DNA of 62,585 nt, filler included, from Hausera hauseri (taxonomy: Eukaryota): assembly GCA_046269625.1 (NCBI GenBank). It is 11 parts of 11 records of this genome, joined end to end, with 100 filler letters (N's around TTAATTAATTAA, not from the genome) between each part and the next. Parts side by side here need not be neighbours in the genome. Positions count along the whole stretch, not along the records: positions 21,204 to 26,645 come from JBJURY010254625.1; positions 26,746 to 31,453 come from JBJURY010466466.1; positions 31,554 to 35,621 come from JBJURY010782535.1; 8 more parts are not named here. One strand, written 5' to 3'. The notes under the pieces are model-generated. The model saw only the letters and a list, made by a program, of their open reading frames with translations. It was not told the origin of the DNA and searched no databases. Within the stretch, counting starts at the first letter, position 1. The number at the start of each line of letters is the position of its first letter. This document shows positions 21,925 through 34,600 of the stretch, piece after piece. Both the position numbers and the translations under genes were made by a program.

Positions 21925-24900
21925 GGATGGGTAACTCGATTTGTAAAGGAACCTAAAGTTTGTTGGATGATTGCAAACCTCTACAAGGGCTTTAGCGAAT
22001 CATGCAGCACCTTTACCACCTTAAGCCCAATGAGAAGCTAAAATTGCATTGTGCGTTCCGTTTTCTATTGCTATTCGACAAACTGCTTCGATTTCTTCCG
22101 TATGATCGTATTTAAAATTGTTTAAAGCAACGACGACTGGGACTCCTTGTTTTTTGATATTTTCAATATGGCGAATCATATTTGCACAGTCGGCTTCAAC
22201 AAGGCCAACATTCTTTTCTTCAGTATTCTTGAGGCAAAGTTTGACCGGAAACAAAATCCGGGGCGCCACCATGAAGCTTAAGAGCTCGAAGTGATACAAC
22301 CAAAACGGCAACATTTGGTACAAGACCAGACGATATGTATTTAATATTAAGAAACTTTTCCGCTCCGATATCGGCACCGAATCCGGCTTCCGTCACAATA
22401 TATCTATTCGCACCAATCAGTTTAAGAGCAATCAAATCATCTATGTTTGCCGAATTGCCGTGCGCTATGTTAGCAAATGGTCCAGTATGAACGAATACCG
22501 GACCACCATCGAAGGATTGCATCAGTTTGGGTTTAATAGTTTCTTTCATCAGAACTGCCATTGCACCTCAAACACCCAAATCACTTTTGTGATCACATCC
22601 CCCGATTTACTAAATCCCACTACAAATCGCCTAATACGTTGTCGCATGTCTTGTAAACTAGTGGACATAGATAATATGGCCATCAATTCACTAGCAACGC
22701 TTAGATCAAACTGACAATCTTTTTCATGACCCTTTTCTGTTTCAGACTTGCCGATCATAATTTTTCGTAAAAATCTATCGTTAGTATCGATAACTCGTTC
22801 GACTGGAATCGTACTGAGATTAATATCAAGTCGAGCAAATCGACGAATTGTCATTTCGCCCCATGTCGTAACGTCTGTATTTGATATACTCAACTTTTGA
22901 ATTCTTTCCAATTGTATTGCACACAATTTACGATGACCGGTATGATTAAATGTGACTAAACGATTGAACAAAGTAGTGCAACTTTGAGTGTTTTTGTGAA
23001 ACTTTCGAGCATCGATAGCAGCCACCAGTAAGTTATTGGCATCAGTGAATGCATGAATATCACCCGTTAAATGTAAAATAAATTCCTCCATTGGAATAGT
23101 TTGAGAATAACTGCCGCCTGCGGCACCTCCTTTAATTCCGAAAGTTGGACCTTGAGACGGTTGCCTACAGCATGCCAAAACAGTCTTTTTAAATCACGCG
23201 GATAAAGCTTGACTCAGATCCATTGTTGTTGAACTTTTGCCCTCACCAAATGGTGCTGAGTTGATTCCAGTAACAAATGCGTATTTCCCATTCTTGTAAT
23301 TCTTCAGTCGTGATAAAATTTCCAAACTGACTTTCGCTTTACTTTCACCATATAAATGAAGTTCGTGGGGCAAAATGCCAATTTTTTTTGCTAACTGGAA
23401 AGTCGGTTTCGGTTTTTGTGCACAAGATAGTTCGATATCTGAAGGCACATTCGATTGTAGTTTTAAGGAGTTTGGTGAACTAGTCCGATTTGTATTCTGG
23501 TTTCTTTCAAATAATCTCTCCACACTATAAACAGTATTCTTTAGTAGCATTGTCACTGTCATAGGCCCAACTCCACCAAAAACTGGGGTTATCCAATTAG
23601 CACGAGTTTTAGCCACTACAAATTCAACATTGCCAACAAGTTTCTTTTTCGATTTGTTATTTGCGTCAGGGCTGGTGGATATGTCGCAATCTATAACAAC
23701 AGATCCGGGCTTAATCCAGTCACCTTTTACAAACTGTGCTTTGCCAACAGCAACCACAAGAATATTAGCTCTACTAACTTCATCAGCAATATTTTTATTT
23801 CTCGAGTCATAAACTGTAACTGTTGTCTGGTTCCATAACAACAGGTTAGCGATTGAAATATTATTTCTGTACAGTACTTGAGCAATGAAAGTAAGGTTCT
23901 TCGCGTCATATTCATGTCCAGCGAAGAGTAAATTATTATTAATGAAGCAATCATGTTTCAGAAATGATTCATGGAACAGCCGAATAGAATTAAAGTATGT
24001 TTCGTGTTTTCCTTTAAAGGCTTTATCTATAAATCTCAAAAATCGAATCAGCGGTGAAGTACTGGGCATAATTTGTGTTACTACTACTATGAACCGTATC
24101 CGATCAATTCATACTTAGAAGAGATAACGTGACATAGTGCGTGACCAGAGGACAAAAGTGCTCCCATCGTTATGGAATAGGAACAAACTAAAGCAAAAAA
24201 TGGGCTTCTCGTTTTCTTTAATCGACAGATGTGTAACGTATTTTATGTTATCAACTTTCAATCCAACAATCTGAATGTGGGGATACTGTTCAAGAAAATC
24301 CGGAACACTCAGTGAAAGATGATGGTGTTGGTAAGTAATTAAAATCGTTTTAGGACCGAGTTTATTTTCAGCGATAAGTGTACTAAATAGGGGAACATAA
24401 CCGGGATCAATTAAAATGTAACCGGGATGGAAATTATAATAGACAGAAAAATCGTAGTTGTTTAATAAATATGAAATGGTTACTGCATTAAATGGATCAC
24501 ATTTTATAATTTTAGACAATGAATGACTGCCCGTTGTAAAATTTTCTTCGGCTTTCTTTAGTTCGCGTTTAAGATAAGTCGGTCCAAATGGGGTATTCAC
24601 ATACAATTTATATCCTAATTTTGCAACAAAATCAGTTATTGGTCGACCAACTATTTTACCTCGGCCTAAAACGACAGCATGTTTTTCTTGTCTACTTAGA
24701 CCGGTAAACAAAATGAGCCCTAAACGACCTCTCGTTGTACATAGAACAGCATATAAATTCATTTCCCCATGTGCCAGTTTACAGGAATTTTCTTCTCTTG
24801 ACCCATCGACATCTTTTTTTACTGCATGGAATTTGTGATGAGGTTAGAATTAACAACACTCGTACAGTCAAACGGTAATTGCACTATAATTTCATGCACA

Positions 24901-24935
24901 CAATAATCACTGTTCAGTTTATCGAACAGATAATG
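21925..24935 (-). pseudogene. MTHFD1: C1-tetrahydrofolate synthase (dehydrogenase/cyclohydrolase + formyl-THF synthetase), intronless, truncated, with stops and frameshifts, interrupted by an insert
   Basis: [131 protein letters not shown]. Confidence 0.93.
23854..24630 (-). pseudogene. PNKD: PNKD/hydroxyacylglutathione hydrolase (glyoxalase II, metallo-beta-lactamase)-like sequence inserted within MTHFD1
   Basis: GYKLYVNTPFGPTYLKRELKKA..GSHS, LNNYDF, LIDPG, ILITYQHHHLS (decayed THxHxDH), DNIKYVTH, SGHALCHV and YFTADSIF in shifted frames, AFKG..FNSI, LLFAGHEYDAKNLTF. Confidence 0.72.
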
Positions 24936-27011
24936 TTTACCGAAGATAATATTTCTCTTACAAACAAAAGCTAAACTCACCGTATTGTTCCAGAATCGAA
25001 ATATGCAAAAATCCCAAGAAATCATCGGTGATAATTCGTAATTGAAAGTTTGATAAATCACATAATAAATTGTAGCATTTTCGACGGACTTTGTATTGTA
25101 TAGTATCTGACACTAATTGTTGGTACATGTTTTGAATAGTATTCCATGAATCAAATCTTTTGAAAACTTAACATCTAAAGATAACGTAAAATTGATCACC
25201 CCATTTTGTTGGTGCATGGAATTAGCCTTCAGTACATCCCGATACAACAACAATGTATTTATTAAATTCGATAATTTATCATATGTTGAAGATTTCACAA
25301 GTAAAATTGTGCGCATTTATATTATCATTTAAGTGAATTTTCAAATAAACCAAACTAATTTTTGGATAATCAAATTTATTTCGTAACTTCAAAATTCAAC
25401 ATTTTCACTCTACTGAGTTCTCGTGACATTAAAACAAAAACCATGTATTCAAAAAATACAAAACTTGGCGTCCGGCCTTTGTCCGCGAAACGCCCTACGA
25501 TCGCCCAAGTGTCGCAGTCCAATTATCTTTCCAACGATACCGCTAACAATTTTAAATATAAAGCCACATTTAAAATATCAATTATATGCATGAATTGTAA
25601 TTTGTATTTTCGTAATGGATTATGTATTTAATGAAGCATCCCATATTAGAATTTCAGATAAGGAATGGATGTGTAAAATTTCAAAAATGAAATCTAAAAA
25701 ATTAATCTTTATAACTTCGCTGACATTTGCAGTGATTGTGTTTCTAATTGAATTCTGTTTGATAACCTTGGCTTACATGTACTGAAATAGATTTAATGTC
25801 TTGTTTATATATATAGTAGTCCGTAGAATAGTTCATTCCATAAAAGAAACGATATGTCTAATTTTACTTTTGTTTTCCATCGTTTGGTTTGGCCTCAGAT
25901 TTTATTGGATTTATCTTCACCAAAGACATGGAAATATTTTTTATTCGCCAAGAGACAGGCAATATTCATTGTTGTTCTTGCTCAATCTATTTATTTACTT
26001 CAGTATATTTTACATGAAACAAAACCGAGCCTATGACAACCCATCAAGGAAGTAACTGTGTATGCTAACAGAGAACTCACAAAAGTGGTGGTATTTTTCA
26101 GTTATCCCAAAATGACTGTTTGTGACAATTTTAGGAGATGTGAGTAGCAAGTAACTTCTGTATATCCAAAAAATGTAACCACATCGCGCAAAAAGGAGAA
26201 TCGAGGATAGGAATCAATTAGAACAGTCTAGTTTGTTGTACATCTGACCTTGGTTTGAAGCGTTACAGTCTCGAGAAGCAGTAAATCCTCGTAGACAAGA
26301 AGGAGGACAGTAGGGGTATGTGAGGACACTGGGCCAATGTAAATTTCCTATCTCGAGGACCCCCCAAGGATTGGAAATCAATATTTAATAACCAATTTTT
26401 AAATTTTTAAATTTTGAATTTTGCAAATTTTAAAAAGTGCATTATTGATTTTCGAAAGTGCAATATTGATTTTAGCACTTTTAAAGTGTGCAGCACTATT
26501 CGAATTAGGTGCAAATTTCGAAAATTTTCGAAAAAATGAAAAATGCATATTTTAGAATTCTGTATATAATAGTAAATCTCATTCGGGTGTTGAACATTTT
26601 CCACCGTTGAGCCGTCTAATAAACATTTCACTTTGTTGTATTTCTNNNNNNNNNNNNNNNNNNNNNNNNNNNNNNNNNNNNNNNNNNNNTTAATTAATTA
26701 ANNNNNNNNNNNNNNNNNNNNNNNNNNNNNNNNNNNNNNNNNNNNTTTCTTCTCGAAGAAGTCTCTTGAAGCGTTGATCGCCATGTTAGTAGATCGCATC
26801 TCTACCATCCCGACCTCAACCTTACTCGATGATTGTAAGGTAGAATTATCCATAAGAGATTTATTATAAAAGCTTGTATAACTATTATCCCCTTCACTCA
26901 TTAAATGAGTCTTATTTTCATCCTTTTTTTGAATTTCCTGACTTTATATTGACTATTTATTGAATTAACTTTGAATTAAATTTAAACATTAATATCCGTC
27001 TAAATTCATCC

Positions 27012-27185
27012 TCACACTCTATCTACTAGCATTTCGCCGCGATCGATTCTATAAATGCTAGGCCGTGCAGCGACAAATATGTGAAAACTGTAAAAGTAGC
27101 ATGGCAACGGGGCACAATGGTACCGTTGCCCCGAACATTTCTCGATCGGTAATGCACCAGGTGCACTACCGATTAATACATGTCC
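27012..27185. repeat. Double-hairpin interspersed repeat, copy A
   Basis: Hairpins GGCAACGG/CCGTTGCC (27103-27130) and ATCGGTAaTGCAC/GTGCAcTACCGAT (27145-27173). Homologous to 28450-28625. Confidence 0.65.
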
Positions 27186-28449
27186 AGTATCGATTTTATC
27201 GTTTTTTATTTTATACCGGAAAGGCCTGTGGCGGTTATGTCTCAGTAGACATTTTATTGAAAACCAATCTATAGATTTAAATTCTAATTGCACATTCACA
27301 CAATGTATCGTATTTTCACTCGACTGCACCAATTACCGAGTCCTCATCATCAATATTGAAATTATCGGAGATCCGATATTATTGATTTTTGCACACTTGT
27401 ACATGTGCCGTGTACCTGTGCCGTGCATGGATCGATGCATCTCGATGAGCACTACCGATTAGCACTTTGTGCGAATTCCAATTGTTCCCCTACTAAGGAG
27501 CACAAATAAAAAACTCACCATTCTTGGAAGTGATTTTGGAAATAATGAAAAATATAGCCATCTTAACGCGCACTGCCTCGTTTATGGACTTTTTAAATTC
27601 AATTGTTGAATTTATTGATTTTTTAAATTTGAATTTTCTCTGAAATTCGATTATTCTAGAACAATTTGTTTTAATGCAACAATTACATGAACTTGCCGCC
27701 AACTTTGATGTTTCATTTGAAAGCCATGTGCTATGCAGTGCTAATTTCGATTTCCTTATGGGGTTTTGTACATGGCGAATCCAACGGATATATCCGATTC
27801 GTCGAATAAGTTACGCATGATCGATTTTTCGAGTTCCAATATCTAAATAATAGATTCTGAATAATGTATTAAAACATCTGATACCGGATTCGGATTTCCC
27901 ATATATTATTTCCTATCCAACCCCGCTTGGAGATTTTTCGACTTCTGCTTCATTGAGCTTAAAATGTGCATTCTGCTTAATTAGATTTATTGATTTTATA
28001 ACTATATAGTACATTTTCATGAAATAATTTTAATGGTTTAGGGGTTTTAGCATATGGGGAATCAAATGACATCGTCAGATTTTTCGAATAATGCTTAGTT
28101 CTATATTCGGTCAAAAAAATTTTCGAATACGAATATGGGACGTCACGTTCAAAATCTCCATACTCGGTTTCCTGTCTGTCTCCGCTCCAAGTATTGTCAA
28201 ATTTTCCTTTCTTAATACCAAAAAGGCTTATGTACCTTGTCCCTCAATTGACTTTTCGAATCAATATTATTCGAAAACTATTCTATCGATTTAAATTCTA
28301 ATTCCACACTTGTATAGCACGCCGTTTTTGCAATCGATTGTATCCGGTGCCATGCTTTACTCATTAATATTAGAATTAATGGAAGTTCCACATTATTTCT
28401 TCGCACCAATTTTCACATGTGCACCTTCATTGCATTGTGCAATAATCGA

Positions 28450-28625
28450 CGTTCCCTATCGATTAGCACTTCATTCCAATCCATTAGATCAATACTGCAC
28501 TGTGCAGCAATCGATATATGAAATGTGAAAAAGTGCCTTGGCAACGGTACCGAAAGGTACCGTTGCCACGCATATGTGCCAATCGATAGTGCACCGGCTG
28601 CACTATCGATTACCACATGTGCACT
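28450..28625. repeat. Double-hairpin interspersed repeat, copy B
   Basis: GGCAACGGTACC-GAAA-GGTACCGTTGCC (28540-28567) and AATCGATAGTGCA-CCGGC-TGCACTATCGATT (28581-28611). Confidence 0.7.
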
Positions 28626-28969
28626 ATCTCCCCCCGGGGGTGAGGGAGAAGGTACACTTTCCCCTACTTCGGTATATAGTCTAATACATTTTAGTTCGAC
28701 AAATGAGTAGTAATGCACTATAATTTGTATATGACTAGAGTAATCTGATATGAAGAATGGAAAAATAATTTTGTTAATGTTCAACATTCCTAAAAGTAAC
28801 GTTGGAGACTTGAACAAGTGCCTAAAATCTCTCTGACTGGAGTGACGTAGCAATTTTTAGAATTGCGCAACCACAATGATAAAGTAACACAAATAATTAT
28901 GATCGAAAATTAAGTAAAATTCTATATTTTAATTTCACATCATGGTACTCATCGTCAATCAAACAACCA

Positions 28970-30880
28970 ATGTCCCAGTGACCTCCACCTCACAAATAAT
29001 ATGGTAGTCCAATGCCGCATCCTTCTTAGTAATTGCGATATACCTCGCTAATATCGGCTGTGAAGAATTAAACGACAGCTCAATTATGTTCAGGTCATTA
29101 CGGAGACCGAGGGCAGCAGAATTGAACATCAGCAAACTGTCGGAAGTTAATGGCAGAGGAACGGTAGTGGCCACCGTGATATCAGTGGTATAGTAATCTT
29201 AATGGTATCAAATATATATCATGGACGTTATAAATTTACTTCCCCAGTACCAGTAGCCACTGTTCCATATTCTGATCATCGATAATTGGTACACAGCCTC
29301 AAGGTCGATCACGACAGACGTTAAAGTGTTAGACCAGTAACATTTTGACCAAACACTCGATTGATCAAGATAGCCGTCATTAATGGCCCATGTTCTGCTG
29401 GTGACACCCAGATAAACTGGTTTACCCAGGGCAATGTTCTCACCTTGCGTAGAAATTTGTTACCATCTTTATTTAATATTCAGAAATGTCGACGAATTTC
29501 ATCAATTTAAATAATTCAATAAATCAATATTTAACATCACTTTTTGGAATTAGAAAACAGCATTTTTGGGAAACATGCTTTGTAGTTGACTTCAAGGTCT
29601 ACATCATGACAACAAAGTATTTCTTTAGCAACGTAACAAGTATGTTAATTCAAAACATTCGAATTATTATTCCGAGTTAGCATCTGTATTCTATTTTATT
29701 TTATTACTTATTTTCTGTCGCAGTAATTTGACTTCAATTATAATTATGCAATATGAATTACGAATTATCGCATTATTGAAATACTAAATATGCAATACAC
29801 ACCGTCAACACACACACATAGTCAGCATACACAAGTCAAAATACACACCGTTAACACGAATCAAAAGACACACACAGTCAATGCACACAAGCCAAACACA
29901 CATACTGTCAATGCACACAATCCAGACACACACAGTCAATGCACACCGTTAACACAAATCAAAACACAAAATCAATACACAATGAGATAATATAACATGT
30001 AATATTCTTACTTGTCAACGTAATTGTACATCGATTAGCAAATATGTCAGGAGGAGGTGCAACAGACAGAGCCGTGCCAAACACAGTAAACTCATACAAA
30101 GTCAGCCATGTTACCGTGTCGTATCCAATGGAGGACATCGCGATATATCGACCCGTGCACGATCCATTGACCTTCCATTCATAATAGTCACCAGATGGTA
30201 GATCGGCCACTGCATATCCTTGACAAGGTTTCCAATTTGGAATGTAGTAAGTGGCGCATGGACGCCAAGTATCACCTACAGTTAATTTAAATGAGGACAA
30301 CCTTCTTGAATAAAATGGCCACTGAAATAAGAAACCTACGCTGACATCCAGTACATCGTGTTCAGTCGGATGAAATTTATAGATGTTGACGTTCCCAGAT
30401 CGATGACGATATATGTAAAGTAGCGTCCTGTGGCGAACAAAGTTGATGGTTGCCCATCATTTACGTATGATGCCACATAGGAGGAATACGGAATCGACGA
30501 GTAGACTGTCATATTATAGGCAAGGTTTTGGGCTAGAAATTGAAATGGATAATTCTGCAAATTAGTCAGTGCTTGTATGATATCCCCCTACTTAGTGTCA
30601 ATTTAATAAGGTCAACAACAGAATTTACTGCTGTATCATTGAAATTTATTACGTAGCGAAATAATGAAATACTAACATATATCCGACACATCACATGCCA
30701 ATTCATAAGCCTGCATCGGAAGGTTATTCGTATCCCCTGGCACACTAGTTCCTGTCACAATTATTTCACAAATCTGCAGTTGAACATTGCTGGTACTGGT
30801 TATCCCGATGAATCTACCATTGCACAATGATCCCGTATTCAACATGACCGAATTGCTCTTGCTTGTAACCGTCAGATTGG
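28970..30880 (-). CDS. Partial multi-exon gene with about 3 tandem F5/8 type C / fucolectin-like (galactose-binding fold) domains
   Basis: Repeated pattern N(I/L)A..K..AIND G..VVIDL..GR(Y/F)IAI..ICEVEV.G: GRFIGITSTSNVQLQICEIIVTG; QNLAYNM..VNDG..IVIDLG..GRYIAM..LYEFTVFG; ENIALGK..AINDG..VVIDL..ARYIAI..ICEVEVTG. Short GT-AG introns, e.g. about 29197-29238. Exon boundaries are approximate. Confidence 0.7.
29795..29960. repeat. Intronic CA-rich minisatellite (unit about 24 bp, ACACACAGTCAATGCACACAA..)
   Basis: Read directly. Confidence 0.8.
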
Positions 30881-31553
30881 CTAGACAGGCCTGTAGTGCT
30901 TCAGTTCGTTGAATATTCGGTGTAGCAGTTGATGCACTGCATGCACTTCAGTCGTAATAATTGACAACGTTTTTACGGCTGAATTTAACTCCATTATCAA
31001 TTGCTGATCTGCGGTACTTTCTAACGTGGAATAACGCGTCGACAATGGGCGAAACTGCATGACCAACTTCCGGGTGGCACATATCACTGGGACTACATTC
31101 GATGCCACCGTTGTTTTGTAGTGTTTCTAATTGAACATCCGTTGGAAACTTTTGTAATTCGAACTCAATTCATTGCCGTAACTTCCGACTGAAGTTTCTG
31201 CTGTCTTACGAATGAGCATGTCGACGTCTTCGATTCGCTTCGGATTACCGTCCAATTTTAGCGTCTCTTTACTTAACTGAAATACCGCAAATTTTCGCAA
31301 AAATTACCATTGATATGTTTCCTTAAAATTGTCCACGGTTTAAACAATTGATCACTCGTCCGATTCCGGTAGAAGGTTGAAAAATGATCTTCCTTCAGCA
31401 ATTGTTGAAATAGTTCCATCGACGACTGGACGAAAATACGCCACTCTAACGAANNNNNNNNNNNNNNNNNNNNNNNNNNNNNNNNNNNNNNNNNNNNTTA
31501 ATTAATTAANNNNNNNNNNNNNNNNNNNNNNNNNNNNNNNNNNNNNNNNNNNN

Positions 31554-31990
31554 GTTCTAGCATGTATAACCTTCCTAGAATTAGGTGGTATTTTCTCAAT
31601 ATGTCCTATCCAAATGTCCGTTTCATCGTAATTATCTGGAATATCTTCATTATTAGGACAAAGAGATCCTGACTGCAAATTTATGTAAAATCCATCCAAA
31701 TTTCTTAATACATTCATTCCTAATATGCATCGGGGATCTAAAGTTGTCATCACATCTAGAACCACTTTTATTCTTTTTCCACAAATTATAGGTTCACATT
31801 TCCAATACCCATATGGTTTCAAACATTGCTGAAAGGCTGATGTAGTACCGGTACATTCTTTTGGGGCCAATTTTATGTGTGACTGATATTCGTCCGGTAT
31901 CGCATGAAACGATGGCTCCGGTGTCTACCATTGCGTTTATATCGAAAGTATCGAAGTGAACTGTCGTATGAGGTCGATTATCTCTTATCA
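31554..31990 (-). mobile_element. Retropepsin (Gypsy-type aspartic protease), frameshifted, cut by the contig end
   Basis: RPHTTVHFDTFDINAMVDTGAIVSC ... PRCILGMNVL ... IPPNSRKVIHAR. Confidence 0.85.
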
Positions 31991-32739
31991 GCTTGAGAAA
32001 GGTCAATATGTCGTTATGATCATCTATATGTGGTTCCATTAAAGTATAACGTGCTGCGTAATAATTTGGTGATCCATTTGATAACATGACTGTTAGACTA
32101 TCTAATGATTGCGTATCATTTGTTGGTTCTTTCATTCGTTGTTTAAATTCAGTTAAATCTGTGTAGTACCTTGCTCGTTCTGCAGAACCTTGTTGCATTT
32201 TAGCAGGTGGCATAGTTGAAATCAAATAGTTCGTCCTTCCATTTGGTTGTTCGACATCATTATCAGTGGCTTGTTTATTTAATTTGACTCTATGATGAGG
32301 TATGGGTGGCAATGTTTTTAATTTTGGCGACATTGGTAGTGATACTCTATTCTTTTCCATACTTTGAGTAATAATAGTTTGAAGTATTTCTTCTTGTGAA
32401 TATTTTGGAATATTACGCAGCTTTATGTATTCTTCTCTTTTAGCATATGGATCATTCAAGTCAGATAACTTTGGTAGCCTATCAATTGTTTGTTCCTTAA
32501 TCGAAAGTATTTTCTTTTCATATGGAGCATCTGGTACTGTGCGATTGTTCTTTAATCTTGTTTTCTTTATTGCAAACAATTTTCGGATTTTTCTATTCTT
32601 CTTTTTAGAAGTGCCAGGTTTTGAATATAGTCCATGTGTATTATCATCATCATCTGAGCTTGATGAATTATTTTTCAGTATAGGATTGCCAGTCTTATAA
32701 TCCACATGTTTTTCCAATTTACCGCGCCATTGTTTTTCA

Positions 32740-34600
32740 TGGTGAGCTTTAATGAATTTGCCAAGTGGGGAAAATAGAGCACCAATTATGCTCAGAGATA
32801 ATCCTGCCAGATTGTAAATTTCGCATGCATTTAATACTGAATTGATACAAACTTTCAAAGTTTGCAGGATAAAGTAGATAGCTAGAAATCCAGAAGCTAC
32901 CTGTCCAAATTTTAAAAATCTACCCCAAATTTTGTGCCATAAACTGGAAACTATTTTTGTATAGGCATCGGGTGTCCATAATTGATCCCAACTTCCTTCT
33001 CCAGTAGAATCATCAATTACTCTGTGAATTCCTCTATTTACGACCTGCTATAGTTGTTTTGGATAGGCTAGAAATTTGACAAATGAGTCAATTTCTTTTT
33101 TACTTTACAATACTGACTTTGATACGTCAGTAAACATGTTTGTTTCAATGGCATATCTAAGGTTAGTCATCGTCAATTTTTTTGGTTGTTCCTTTACCCT
33201 ATTTCTATCCGGTAGTCTAACCCATAAGTCTTGATTATCGTATTTGATAAATGGCTTGTTCAGTGCTGTACAGTTTTAAATTTCTGTTGGAATTGTGTGT
33301 GGTGCCAGTAATACTCTAGTTATAGGCTGAACATATTGAATTTATCTTTATACTTAACTGGTATTTCTGAGTAGCAAGGGGTACCAGTGATTAATGGTAA
33401 GTCCAATTTCTTGCATTTGTAGGTGAACAGCATTTCTCCTAGGACTCTGCCTTGGATTCCTTCGCCGAAAGGTAATGTTATTGTTATCATCTCTGGATTT
33501 GAAGCGTAAATGGCCAGTCGATTTCGTAATGTCTCAAAATTGATTTTACAAAAGTTTTGTATTGTCTCAGAATATATTTCTTCTATCGTTTTGTGGGTGA
33601 GATAAAATAGGAAATCATCTCGATTAGCGATGTAGTCAGCAATGTTCAGTAATTGTGCCCTGTTAACTGGCGAATTATCTGCCTGTGCAATCTCTTTTTC
33701 CGATATGAAATAATTTTCATAGTTTGTACTGAACACTTGTTGTCCACATTTAACGATCACGTCTTGTTGTATAAATTTAACTCCTCCTTTTATATCCTTG
33801 GATATTACAATTTTAGGGGTTCTCACTTCTGGAATCGCTTGAGTGTTTGTATTTTCAAAGTTTGTTTCATAGTGTCGAGCGTAACGTTTTCCTGTCGTTA
33901 CATTAAATTCGCCTTTTCGAATCTGTACCAATGAGCATTCATAGCTCTTGGGCGCTGTCCATACTATAGTAGAGGACTTTGTGTGACAATGTCCTATTTC
34001 TAATCTGCAGAAAGATGCATCCATCATTGTATTTGTACTCGTTTCGAAGATAAAGGTATTTTCTTTGATTTCGACTTCATATTGGTCGTGCACCACTACG
34101 CCTGAAATAACACCTTTGCCAATATCAAAACTTCCACCTTTACAATTACCTTTTTCATCCTTATGTCCGGCTATTCATTTCTCTTAATGAGAAATTTGGC
34201 CTTTAATTGCTGTTAGTAATATGTCTCCATATTTCAGTTGTTGAATTTCAGCTGCATCTCGACAATAAGTGGGATTAATCGACACATATCTAGGCATCGT
34301 ACTTGGCTGTATTAAGGAATCATGGTGTAAATGACCAGAGTAAGAAATAGTGCGAGATACTCGCAATGAGCATTCTAGTCCTTTTATGTGAAGCGTGGTT
34401 TTATCATAATAAATAAATAGGTTTTGTGATATTGTTTGTAGCTTTCTCGGAAGTGCATTCGGGCATGATTGTAAGTCCATGAGTGAATAGTAATTTCCTT
34501 CATAAATTTTGTCACAGTCATATGCTAATATGGTTCCTGACCTTTTGAAATTAGAAAATAAAAGCAGTATAAATAGAATGAGTTGTAAGAAGAATCCGTT
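32740..34600 (-). pseudogene. Chuvirus-like (gB-type, class III) fusion glycoprotein / env, degenerate
   Basis: Signal-like FFLQLILFILLLF, then ILAYDC..YSLMDLQSC, ECSLRVSRTISYSGHLHH, GNCKGGSF, CRLEIGHC..TIVW..ECS, CYSEIPV, QPITRVL, and C-terminal WGRFLKFGQVASGFLAIYFILQTLKVCINSVLN membrane helices. Confidence 0.82.

Noticed and set aside
21925-23460. Bacterial fhs/folD (horizontal transfer)
   Set aside because: The dehydrogenase and synthetase domains are fused, and include the insert typical of eukaryotic C1-THF synthase.
23194-24762. Currently functional MTHFD1-PNKD fusion enzyme
   Set aside because: In-frame stops, internal frameshifts, and decayed metal-binding and catalytic motifs.
25690-26140. 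DEG/ENaC channel fragment (hydrophobic stretch + YPKMTVCD)
   Set aside because: Only one short motif resemblance; not supportable.
30881-31453. hAT-like transposase remnant
   Set aside because: Resemblance too weak to call.
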